A stretch of DNA of 41,323 nucleotides from Prasinococcaceae sp. CCMP 1430 (taxonomy: Eukaryota > Plantae > Prasinodermophyta). Shown in pieces: positions 1 through 8,647 of the stretch. The stretch lies in NCBI GenBank assembly GCA_013416795.1, contig RQSC01000630.1:356994-398316 (forward strand). The letters are read 5' to 3'. Numbering within the stretch: position 1 is the first letter of the stretch; each line of letters opens with the position of its first letter. Below the pieces are notes generated by a model, which ran no database searches, was not told the DNA's origin, and worked only from the letters and a program-made list of their open reading frames with translations. The translations under genes were made by a program, and so were the position numbers.

Positions 1-261
1 GCGACGCCGCGCGCGTGCGCCCGCGCCGTGTGCCGCGCGGTGCTGCTGCCGCGCGTGGCGATCGCCGCGCTGGGCGTCGAGCGCATGCTGCTCGAGGTGG
101 CGGAGGCGAGAGGCGAGACGCCATCGCGCGCGCCGAGGGGCGAGCGCGTGGTGAGCCTGGTCGCCGAGGACGCCGGCGGCATGCTCGCGCTCTTCGCGCG
201 CGGGGAGATGCGCGAGCTGCTGCGCGCCGAGCAGGCGTGCGCGGTGCTGTGCATGCCCTGA
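1..261 (+). CDS. 3' end of a hypothetical protein, truncated by the window edge
   Basis: Frame 1 is open from base 1 to TGA at 259-261 (...VSLVAEDAGGMLALFARGEMRELLRAEQACAVLCMP*). Codons are GC3-rich, and a TGTAA poly(A)-type signal follows at 304-308. No family recognised. Confidence 0.45.
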   Translation, partial: ATPRACARAVCRAVLLPRVAIAALGVERMLLEVAEARGETPSRAPRGERVVSLVAEDAGGMLALFARGEMRELLRAEQACAVLCMP

Positions 262-532
262 TTGATGGGGGGGAATCGATGACGCGTGGGCTCGACGCGC
301 GTTTGTAAAAAGCCGTCATCTCGTGGTCGGAGCAGAGAGAGCCAGCGGCCGGCGGCGCGGGCGTCGAGCGCGGCACGTGCGAGCCGCTCTTCCGCGAGCT
401 GAGGGAGTGCTTCTGGGCGGCGGCCAGGGCCAAGCCGCGCTCCGCCTGAGTCAGCCGCAGTCGCGGGCCGCGTAAACACGGCAGGCGTGGGGCGCGGCGA
501 GCGCTTGCAGCACGCGCATTCCCGGGGCACCG

Positions 533-1318
533 ATGGCGGTGGTGCCGAGCGGCGGGTGGCACAAGCGCTCTCGTGCCGGGGCGCCGACGGCTACGCTCTC
601 ACGCGCCGATGTGGAGCCACGCTTCCTCTGCAAGCGCAGCGTGGACCTCGGATCGCATCCCTCACCGGGGCCCTTCAGCGGCAATCGCATGGTGATGATG
701 CCGCCAGCGGCACGCGGCGACGGCGCGGGCAGTGTACGTGCATTCCTTGCGTCTGCAGGAGGCGCGCGCGCGCTCGACCTTCCCCTTAATAAGGACGCGA
801 TCGGGGAGAACGGCAGGGACCTCCATGCGGGCAAAGATGGCAACCTGCTGCCTATCGCAGTCGCTGGTGCGCTCGAAACGCATGCGCTGCCCCAGGTTGT
901 GCACCGGCTCGAGCTCCAGGGCCTCGCGCTCGCGCGCCCTCGCGCATCATCAGCCGGCGGTGCACTGCGCGCAACGCTGGCAGCAGTGGACGCGTCCGGC
1001 GCAGCGACTGTCGCGAGCGTCGCGGACGCGAGCATTCCCGCCGATTCGACCGCCGCAGTCACGCCGCAGTACCGCACCACACCGCCCGACAAGTGCGAGC
1101 CCGGCTGGGCGGGTGTCGACATTTGCGCGTCGAATAATTGCGCCCTTGGCATCGCCAGGCAGCTTGCGCGTGCCGTCGATATCTACGACAAGGACATGCA
1201 TGTCCGCACCATGCACACCGGCGCATACCCGACAGCGGTCCGCTACCTCGACGAGGTACGACGCTCATGTGCTTGCGTCGTCGCCTCGCACCGCGCCTGT
1301 GGCGACGGCCCACTGATC

Positions 1319-1349
<31 letters not shown>

Positions 1350-1974
1350 GCTCGCTCGCTCGCGCAAACACTCCAATACACCCATCCGCGCCTCGCCGCA
1401 GAACTGTCTGGCGGTGACCGAGCGCTCATACGTCAGCGTTTTCGACGTGCGCGCGGGCGAGCGAGGGGGCACTGTGGCCCGCCCGATTCCGTCTGGCATG
1501 CCGCTGTACGCCGTCGACGCCCTGTCGTCGGCGGCTGGCACAAGAGCCGCGGAGTTCTCCACGGGCGGCCTGATGGCGGTGGGCGGTGCCGATCGCACGG
1601 TGAGCATCCTCGACGCCAAAACTTGGACCATACGCTCGCGGTGGACGCAGTGCCTCAAGTTCGAGGTCACGAACCTCAAGTTTTCTGCGAGCGACCCGCG
1701 CTGCATTTACGTGAGCGGACTTGACACCGAGGTGGCGTTGGGACAATGGGACCTTGGCGATGGCTCGAGGGCCAAGGATGCGCAGCGCGGTGCCTTCCGG
1801 GGCGACGGTGCTTTCCTCGGGGTGGACGTCGTGAGCGCTGGCGACGTTGGCGTCGACTTCGTCGGCGCATGGTGCGACACCAACGCGCTGCTCACGGCGG
1901 GCTTCACCATTGGCACGAAGGGCGCGGGTGACAGCGACGGGGGCGGCGCGGTCACGCAGGTCGGGGGCTCCTGA
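533..1974 (+). CDS. WD40/beta-propeller protein of an uncharacterised plant-type family; 2 exons, about 431 aa
   Basis: Exons 533-1255 and 1402-1974. Intron 1256-1401 (GTACGA...CCGCAG, phase 0) joins the ORFs 533..1417 and 1138..1974 in frame. WD-like blades: LAVTERSYVSVFDVRAG, MAVGGADRTVSILDAKTW, KFEVTNLKFSASDPRCIYVSGLDTEV. TGTAA at 1999-2003. Confidence 0.78.
1324..1361. repeat. Intronic (TC)13 microsatellite followed by (GCTC)n
   Basis: Read directly from the sequence; lies inside the WD40 intron. Confidence 0.95.
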
Positions 1975-1998
1975 ACGGCCGCGCGCGTGCAGGCCTCA

Positions 1999-2033
1999 TG
2001 TAATCACATGCATCAACAGGATGGCCTTTTACA
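1999..2033. terminator. Convergent pair of TGTAA (UGUAA) poly(A) signals for the WD40 gene (+, 1999-2003) and the LNK-like gene (-, 2029-2033)
   Basis: TGTAA on + and TTACA (TGTAA on -) lie between two convergent stop codons. UGUAA is the established chlorophyte near-upstream poly(A) element. Confidence 0.65.
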
Positions 2034-2216
2034 TGGAAGCGATTCCATCCCCTTGAGACACTTGAAGCACCAAAATCGGAGGCTGGGGCGCCCTCTCGCC
2101 CCAGTCCTCGGGCGCGCTTGCGCCCTTTGCTGTTGCACCTTACGGTACCCCGTACAAGCAAGGCGCGAAGCGCGATCATTTCAAAAAAAAAAGAGTGCGA
2201 GGTGACGGCAGCAGTC

Positions 2217-4370
2217 TCATGCCGCGTCGCTCTCTGGCTCAACCTTGACAGCTTTCCCGCCAGCCGCGGGGTCGTCCGCGTTCGGGACATCGCATGGGCC
2301 GCCGTCTGAAACGTGCTGCTTCTCTCCTGGGTCGTAGCGGTGGAAGAGCAGGTTGGCGACGGTGCGGTCAACGACCTCCCGCAGCACCACCTTGTCCTTC
2401 GGCGTGCCCGCGCCATCAGCGCCACCGCCGGCCGAGGCGTCGGGCGCGCCACCCACGCCGCCCGCCACCGCCGCGCCGTCCGCGCCGCTCGCACCAGCGT
2501 CCTCACTGTTCGACGGATTCGACGCATGCGAACCGTTCCCACCGCTGCCCGCCTGCGCGTCGAGATGCGTGTAGCTCGCGTCCCTGCGGCTGATGTTGGC
2601 AGGCTTGGAAGGCTCACCCCCGTCGGCGTCGCCCTGCAGACCACTGGTCGCGGCGCCAAGCACGGAGCTCGACACTCCGCCCGCGCTGCCGCTGCCCCCA
2701 TCGCTGGGCGGTGTGATGACGCCATCGCGATCTCCGCGCGCGGCAGCGGCCGCGCCGGCGGCACCACTCGCACCGGCCGCAGCGGTCGCAGCGGCTGCAA
2801 CGGCGGGCGCGTCGGTGCCACCTCCGGTGGCCTCAGCGTCGGCTAGCGCCGCCGCGCTCTTGCGCTCCCTGGCCGAAGCCGCCAATCTCAACAGCGATTG
2901 GCGGATGGTCTCCTTGAGGATGGGATCCAAGTTGCTCACGATGGCCTGAAGTTTGCGCACAACGCTCGCCTCCATCGCCAGGACTTCACCCGGCACGGCC
3001 ACATTCAGCGGCGCTGCTTGTGCCCACTGCTGCTGCCCCGGCTCGGGCGCCTGCGCGCTCGTACCCCACTGCGCGCCTGGTCGCCGTTGCGCGTCGGCGC
3101 CCTGCTGCAGCATGTGCGACGGGGCGTCAGCGCTCGACGCACCGGCACCTTGCCGCTGCGCGAGTGCCTGCCCACCCGCAGTGCCATGTCGTATGAGCGC
3201 GGATGCCTGCGTGGCCAGCATGGCCTGCTGCGCGACCGCCTTGGTGATCATCGCCTGGGATATCGCCTGCGCCTGGGCGAGGTCCGTCTTGTTCTTCCCC
3301 GCCGATTTGCCCACGGCGCCGCTCGCATTGGCGCGGCCTGCGTCCCCCGCGGCCGCCACGACGCTCGAGTTGCCGCTCGCGCCAGCCCCCGCGCGGCCAC
3401 TGGTTGCGCGGGCGGCGCGCCGCCGCTGTGTGGCCGCCGCCCGCCGCAATCGCTGCTGCTCCTTCTGTTGCCGCCGCAGCTGGTCGGCGTCCACGCTGGT
3501 CGCGAAGTCGCCACTGCCGCCGCCGCCGCCGCCGCCCCCGCCTCCGCCTCCGCCCGCATAGGGTGCCTGTGGCATGCCGCCCATGGCGTAGCCGCCGCCG
3601 CCGTACGGCGGTGCGGTAGCGCTGGGCATGCCTGGCACGTACACGGGCGGCTGCATCGGCAGCATGCTCTGCGGCGCGCCGTATGGCATAGGCTGCATCT
3701 GCTGCTGCGGCACCGCCATCATGCCGGCGCCAGCGCCGCCGTCAAACGGGCCGAACTGCATGGCGCCCGGCGCCTGCACGGCCGGCTGCGCCCCGTAGGA
3801 GGTCACGTGGTCGAGCGGCATGCCACCTCCGCTGAGGTGGCCCTGGCCCGCCACGCCGCCAATGCTACCGCCCCCGCCCCCGCCACCGGGCAACTGGTCC
3901 AGGTTGGCACTCGATCCGCGCGAGTACATCATGCCGCCCGCGCCGTTCCACACGCCCTGCTGGGCGTAGACGCCCCCCGCGCCGCCCAGCGACTGCTGCT
4001 GCGACTGCTGCTGCTGCTGCTGCTGTCCCTGCTGAAGCAGTGGCTGCTGGAGCGGGTGCGGCTGGGGCGGCGCGCTCTGCAACACCTGGGGAGGCGGGCC
4101 TACGCTGCCCCCGGCGCCGCCATCCATCGCGAAGAGGCTCAGGTGCGAGTTGGAGCGCTTGAAGATGTCCGCGAAGTCGTTGCTGTCACCATGGGCCATG
4201 GCGTCGCCCCACCCGCTAATCCCTCCAAGCGCAAACTGGTCGACGCCGGAAGGGCTGCCCAGGCCCATCATGTCGTCCGTGAACATGGCCGACAAGTTCG
4301 CGTCGCCCGGCCGGCCGCCGCCGGTGCCACTCGCACCGCGGCCGCGGCCGCCGCCGCGGCCGCCACCCAT
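2217..4370 (-). CDS. LNK: LNK-family (night light-inducible and clock-regulated) co-activator-like protein, 717 aa, single exon
   Basis: Gly/Gln/Pro/Ala-rich disordered protein with two conserved blocks: MEASVVRKLQAIVSNLDPILKETIRQSLLRLAASARER and VVDRTVANLLFHRYD. These resemble the plant LNK C-terminal motifs as I recall them (LEATSFRQLQ...LDxRTKLCIRDSLYRLAKSAEQR and PIDRSIAHLLFHRP). Confidence 0.78.
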   Translation of the reverse strand: MGGGRGGGRGRGASGTGGGRPGDANLSAMFTDDMMGLGSPSGVDQFALGGISGWGDAMAHGDSNDFADIFKRSNSHLSLFAMDGGAGGSVGPPPQVLQSAPPQPHPLQQPLLQQGQQQQQQQSQQQSLGGAGGVYAQQGVWNGAGGMMYSRGSSANLDQLPGGGGGGGSIGGVAGQGHLSGGGMPLDHVTSYGAQPAVQAPGAMQFGPFDGGAGAGMMAVPQQQMQPMPYGAPQSMLPMQPPVYVPGMPSATAPPYGGGGYAMGGMPQAPYAGGGGGGGGGGGGGSGDFATSVDADQLRRQQKEQQRLRRAAATQRRRAARATSGRAGAGASGNSSVVAAAGDAGRANASGAVGKSAGKNKTDLAQAQAISQAMITKAVAQQAMLATQASALIRHGTAGGQALAQRQGAGASSADAPSHMLQQGADAQRRPGAQWGTSAQAPEPGQQQWAQAAPLNVAVPGEVLAMEASVVRKLQAIVSNLDPILKETIRQSLLRLAASARERKSAAALADAEATGGGTDAPAVAAAATAAAGASGAAGAAAAARGDRDGVITPPSDGGSGSAGGVSSSVLGAATSGLQGDADGGEPSKPANISRRDASYTHLDAQAGSGGNGSHASNPSNSEDAGASGADGAAVAGGVGGAPDASAGGGADGAGTPKDKVVLREVVDRTVANLLFHRYDPGEKQHVSDGGPCDVPNADDPAAGGKAVKVEPESDAA

Positions 4371-4896
4371 GGCGACTGCCGGTCCCTCCCCCTACGAAGG
4401 GGGGGGGGGTCCTTGCCACTCGCTGCGTACACGCACAGAGGCGCGAGCGCGGAGCGCGAGTCAGCGAATGAAGCGCCACCCACACGCCCGTGCAAGCGCC
4501 AGGGGGCGAGAGGCGCACTGGGACGCGGGCGCAAGGGGGGGCGGGGCGGATACAGGAGGCGCGCCCCTGCCAGATGCGCGCCGGTCGCGCAGTCCCAGCA
4601 AAATGGAGCTTGCCGCGAAGCGGCGCACCGCAGCGAGACCAGAGAGGCCCCACCACCCGGCGCAGTGCGTGCCGTCTCTGCAGCGCACGCAACGAGGCGC
4701 GCGGAGTCGGGCAGAGGTCGTGCGGCAGGGCGGCTTTCACCGCCGCGCTCGCCCGCGCGGAGCTGCCCGCTCCTGCTCGCCCACCCGCCTGCACCCACCA
4801 ACAACGAGCGCCGCGCGCTGCGCCGCGCACAGTGCGGCAGGAAGAAAGACGGGCGGCCCGGGGGGGGGGGCGGGGGCGAGCGGGCGCACGACGGCA

Positions 4897-5811
4897 ATGG
4901 CCGTGGCTGCGGAGGATGCGGTGAAGGCGGGGGCGGCAGCAGCTGAAGAGGCGGAGGCCGAGGGGACCGCGGCGGCGGCGGCGGCACGCGCGCCCGTGGG
5001 AGGCGCCGCAGAGCTTGGACTCGCGCCGGATGGCGATGAGGAGGCCGCGGCAGAGGACGCAGCTGTGGACGTCGTGGTGGAGGAGGCCGGGGGAGCGGCT
5101 GACGCGGCGGCGCAGGCAGCGGCCGAGGCCGCAGCCGAGGCGGCGGCAGCTGCGGCTGCCTATGATGACGACGGCGTCGACGCGTTCCGGGGGCGCCTCG
5201 AGGGCGCCCTGCGGCCAGGCGGCTGGCGTGCAACAGCGCGCGAGGCGCTCGAGCGCGCGTTTGAGACCTATATGTACGTCATCTCGCACGCCGAGGCGGT
5301 CGGCGAGACTGCTGCCGATCGGCTCGAGATAGACGGGGAGCGCCGCGAGCTCGCGGTGCGCCTCGCACGCCTGCTACCGCTCTTCATCATCACACAGACG
5401 CTCGTCGTCTTCTCGATCGTATACGCGCTCCGGGGCTCGCTCAAGCACACGAGCGCGGCCAAGGCACAGCAAGAGACAGATGCGCAGCAGGGGAAGGAGG
5501 AAGAGAACAAGGAACGGATCGTGGCGTCGCCCAGGCCGTCGAGCGCAAAGAAGTCGACGCCCAAAGCGAAATCATCGAGCGCGAAGAAGGCCGCAAAGCG
5601 CCCCGTGCCGGACCTGCCCGGCAGCCTGCACGATGTCCCGGGGTGCGGCGAGAAGACAGCAGAGCGCATCACTAACGGCTGTGGGTGGGAGACGCCTGCT
5701 GACATGGTCGCGTTCTTCCAGGAGAATGGCGAGGACGAGTTCAAGGCGGCGCTCAAGGCGGCGGGCGTGCGGATGCAGTCATCGATCGTGCGGTGGTGCA
5801 AGGAGATGTAG
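4897..5811 (+). CDS. Single-pass membrane protein, 304 aa: acidic Ala/Glu N-terminus, TM helix, Lys/Ser-rich linker, C-terminal HhH/BAF-like domain
   Basis: ATG at 4897 is in frame within ORF 4150..5811 and follows a G-tract. TM candidate LLPLFIITQTLVVFSIVYAL; basic linker SPRPSSAKKSTPKAKSSSAKKAAKR; HhH motif LHDVPGCGEKTAERI; ends ...IVRWCKEM*. TGTAA at 5881-5885. Confidence 0.72.
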   Translation: MAVAAEDAVKAGAAAAEEAEAEGTAAAAAARAPVGGAAELGLAPDGDEEAAAEDAAVDVVVEEAGGAADAAAQAAAEAAAEAAAAAAAYDDDGVDAFRGRLEGALRPGGWRATAREALERAFETYMYVISHAEAVGETAADRLEIDGERRELAVRLARLLPLFIITQTLVVFSIVYALRGSLKHTSAAKAQQETDAQQGKEEENKERIVASPRPSSAKKSTPKAKSSSAKKAAKRPVPDLPGSLHDVPGCGEKTAERITNGCGWETPADMVAFFQENGEDEFKAALKAAGVRMQSSIVRWCKEM

Positions 5812-5830
5812 ACGCGCGCCGCACCACTTG

Positions 5831-5846
5831 ACACACACACACACAC
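5831..5846. repeat. (AC)8 microsatellite in the 3' UTR
   Basis: Read directly from the sequence. Confidence 0.9.
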
Positions 5847-5880
5847 TAAACATTGACAAACACCAGCGCGGCGGGGGGGG

Positions 5881-5913
5881 TGTAAGGGACGCCAATATCG
5901 GCCGTGGTTTACA
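5881..5913. terminator. Convergent pair of TGTAA poly(A) signals for the BAF-like gene (+, 5881-5885) and PLAA (-, 5909-5913)
   Basis: Same geometry as 1999-2033, between the stops at 5811 and 5917. Confidence 0.65.
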
Positions 5914-5916
5914 CAC

Positions 5917-8376
5917 TCACAGCCACGCGCATGCCTCACGGGCAGCGTCGGCGACCTTGCCGCCGCCGCCACTCGTGAGAGCCTGCAATCGCGGCTTTAT
6001 CTCAGCGAGGGCGGAGGAAGCGGCTGGCACTCTCGCTGCAGCGAGCGTGCCCGCGGCGGCCACTAGGCGGAAGAGCGCCTCATTGTCGTCCTCGGAGACG
6101 AGCAGATCCGCGATGGCCCGGGCTAGGGTGCCTGCAAAGTCGCCGCCGCCGTAGGTGCTATTGCGTGCCTTCAAGAGCGCACAGGCATTCAGCAGAGCCG
6201 CAGCGCGCGCCATGCGAGCGTTTGGCGCCTGCGCCGCGGGCGCACCGCCAATGAGCGCATTCACAAGAGCGCCCGCCCGCGATTCGAGCCAGGTGGGAGC
6301 GGCCACAAAAAGTTCGCATGTGAAGCGCGCCGCCAGCAGTGAAGCGGCTCCACCCCCTGACGCCGCGCGGCGCACCGCCGCGGTGATGGCGTCGGCTGCG
6401 GACGCCTGGAGGAGGCCCTGGGACGCCGCCCCCGCGGGGTTGGCGGCCGCACAGCGAGCCACATCGAGGGCGGGGAAGAGGTTGGCCACGGGCCAACCCG
6501 AGAGCACCTTGGTGAGGGACGCACCCGCATCGACTACGACGCCACCGGGAAGAGCTCGCGCGTTCGCCTCAAAGGCGGCGCGTTCGTCGACGCTCAGGGC
6601 AAACTCTGCGGTGAGAGGGTCCGCCGCGAGCTCTGCATTGAAGGTGTCGAGCTTCGTCAGCAGTGGCTCGACCTTGAGCGGTTGCGGGAAGGCGTGGACT
6701 GGCGCTGAAAGCGGCACGTATGTGCCCTGCGGAGGATCCGAGGGCGAGGGGCCGCCGTAGGCACCGCTGCCGGTGTACGGGTCCACCGATGCGAGCCCGC
6801 CCAGCTGCGCGCCGCCACCGGCGGCAGCGCCGCCCGCCGCGGGGACGTACGCGCCACCGCCAGTGAAGGGGTCATAGACCGTCAGATTTTCGTTGATGGC
6901 CTCGGCCGCCTTGCCGCCTGTGCTGTCGATGAGGAACTTGACAACTTGTTCCCTGTAGCCCGCAGGCAGATCATGCTCTTCGAGCCAGCTCTCGGCGACG
7001 TCGTACGGGTTCTGCCCGATGTTGTACGGCAGCTTGCGCACGGGCGCGCCATCGGCGATGTCCACATCGAAGACGTGGTCGTACTGAACGCCGTTGAGCA
7101 CGTTTCCCTGCCCAGAAATCTCCTGGCCGCCCTCGCCGGGCCCATTCACGACGACACCTATTTTTTCCCAGCCACCCTGCGCGGCTGAGTAGACGTATGC
7201 GACGCCCTTGCCCCCCTCCGCAACCACCGCGACCTCGCCATCCTTCTTGCCCGGCTGGTTGAGTACCGACGCATCGCGCATCGGGGGCATACCAGCTGCG
7301 CCCCCGCCAGCAGCACTCGCCTGCTGGTCACCACCGCCGCCGCTCTTGGCATCGGCAATTTCTTTGCGCCGCTTGGCCACCTTGGCTTCGAACGCCTCGC
7401 GCACGTCGGTGGCGGCTGCGCGCACCTCGTCTGTGGTCCAGACGCGCGCCACACCGTCCGCGCAGCAGCTCACGACGTCCCCGTTCTCGAGCGCCGTGAC
7501 GCCCCACACGCAGCCTGTGTGCTCAATGCTCTGCACGCACTCAGCGCTTGCCACCGACCACACGCGCATGGTGTCGTCCTCCGAGCCCGACGCGAGCAGA
7601 CCATTGGGGAGCGAAGCGACGCCGTAGACGAGCGCGGAGTGACCCACCAGCGTGCGGAGCAGTGCGCCGTCGATCGCCCAAAGCGCGATCGTCATGTCGT
7701 GCGACGCACTCGCGAATCCGGTGCCGGGAAGCTCGCATAGCCCGCGCACCGAGTCGGTGTGGCCTCTGTAGGTGTGAGCGACGGATGCACCGCCCGTGGA
7801 AAAGCCCCAGCGCAGCACCGTGGTGTCGCCGCTCCCAGTGAGCAGCTCACCCGCAGCTGTGAAGCACGTGCAGAGCACAGGTCCTGAGTGAGCGCTGAGC
7901 ACGGCCGCCTCGACTGCTTCGGGGGCGCTGGCGGCCCCGAGGTCCCACACGCGCGCCGTCGAGTCGAGGCATGCCGACGCGATCCGTCCGGACGCCCCGC
8001 ACGCCGCCACGTCGGAAACCTGCTGCGTGTGCCCGCGCAGCGTCGCGGAGGGTGCGCTCTGGTCGCCGGCGTTCGCGCTGTCCCAGAGTTTGATGGTCGC
8101 ATCGCGCGAGCCCGTCACGATCGCGCCCTCGGGAAACGCCTTTGCCGCGCCCGCTGGCAGGTAGGCCACGCAGGTCACGTAGTGCTCGTGGCCCAGCAGC
8201 GATCGCTCCGGCTCGTACTCACCGCTGCCATCCGGCAGCACAGGCGCACGCCACACGATCCCGGTTTTGTCGCGGGACACCGTGACGAGCGCGCTATCAG
8301 GGAGGCGAGCGGCGCTGCGCACGTCCTCGCCATGGCCCGCGAGCTCCTGCCGCAGCACGTGGCCCGCCCCCGCCAT
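5917..8376 (-). CDS. PLAA: Phospholipase A2-activating protein / Doa1-Ufd3 ubiquitin-Cdc48 adaptor (WD40-PFU-PUL), 819 aa, single exon
   Basis: Starts MAGAGHVLRQELAGHGEDVR. Seven-blade WD40 region (GH...SASHDMTIALW, GHSALVYGV, SGSEDDTMRVW). PFU domain YDHVFDVDIADGAPVRKLPYNIGQNPYDVAESWL...YREQVVKFL. C-terminal PUL helices WPVANLFPALDVAR. Confidence 0.95.
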   Translation of the reverse strand: MAGAGHVLRQELAGHGEDVRSAARLPDSALVTVSRDKTGIVWRAPVLPDGSGEYEPERSLLGHEHYVTCVAYLPAGAAKAFPEGAIVTGSRDATIKLWDSANAGDQSAPSATLRGHTQQVSDVAACGASGRIASACLDSTARVWDLGAASAPEAVEAAVLSAHSGPVLCTCFTAAGELLTGSGDTTVLRWGFSTGGASVAHTYRGHTDSVRGLCELPGTGFASASHDMTIALWAIDGALLRTLVGHSALVYGVASLPNGLLASGSEDDTMRVWSVASAECVQSIEHTGCVWGVTALENGDVVSCCADGVARVWTTDEVRAAATDVREAFEAKVAKRRKEIADAKSGGGGDQQASAAGGGAAGMPPMRDASVLNQPGKKDGEVAVVAEGGKGVAYVYSAAQGGWEKIGVVVNGPGEGGQEISGQGNVLNGVQYDHVFDVDIADGAPVRKLPYNIGQNPYDVAESWLEEHDLPAGYREQVVKFLIDSTGGKAAEAINENLTVYDPFTGGGAYVPAAGGAAAGGGAQLGGLASVDPYTGSGAYGGPSPSDPPQGTYVPLSAPVHAFPQPLKVEPLLTKLDTFNAELAADPLTAEFALSVDERAAFEANARALPGGVVVDAGASLTKVLSGWPVANLFPALDVARCAAANPAGAASQGLLQASAADAITAAVRRAASGGGAASLLAARFTCELFVAAPTWLESRAGALVNALIGGAPAAQAPNARMARAAALLNACALLKARNSTYGGGDFAGTLARAIADLLVSEDDNEALFRLVAAAGTLAAARVPAASSALAEIKPRLQALTSGGGGKVADAAREACAWL

Positions 8377-8540
8377 CGCCGTCGCAGCGATGCGATGCGA
8401 TACGGATCTATGCGCGCGCGCGCGCGTGCTTGCGAGCGAGCGGGGCGGGGGGGATGAGGGGGGCAGGGCAAGGGGCGCCTGCGCCTGCGCCCGGCGCGGC
8501 CGGCGCGCGTCCGCGCGCTGGCTCGCACGCACCCCCCCCA

Positions 8541-8583
8541 GGTTAGGGTTCAGTCATCTTCGATCCTCATTTGGGTTAGGTTT
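8541..8583. promoter_or_regulatory. Telo-box-like interstitial telomere motifs (GGTTAGGGTT; GGGTTAGGTTT) in the PLAA/eIF1A divergent promoter
   Basis: GGTTAGGGTT at 8541-8550 (AACCCTAACC on -) and a degenerate copy at 8573-8583. Telo-boxes are established promoter elements of plant translation-machinery genes. Confidence 0.45.
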
Positions 8584-8647
8584 AATCCGCCAGCGGCCGA
8601 CCGGTGCCGCGCGCGGCTCAAGCGCGGCGGCGGCTCGCCCGCGCGCG

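Noticed and set aside
4150-4896. 249-codon N-terminal extension of the BAF-like ORF overlapping the LNK start
   Set aside because: It is antisense to LNK and reads through promoter G-tracts. ATG 4897 has the same G-tract context as other starts.
2898-4946. Long alternative-frame or antisense ORFs (e.g. 2898..4946 +, 13508..15088 -, 16188..17435 -, 25986..27251 5' part, 32852..34144 +)
   Set aside because: They are Arg/Ala/Pro-rich shadow frames, expected where stop codons are rare in very GC-rich DNA. They overlap better-supported genes and show no motifs.
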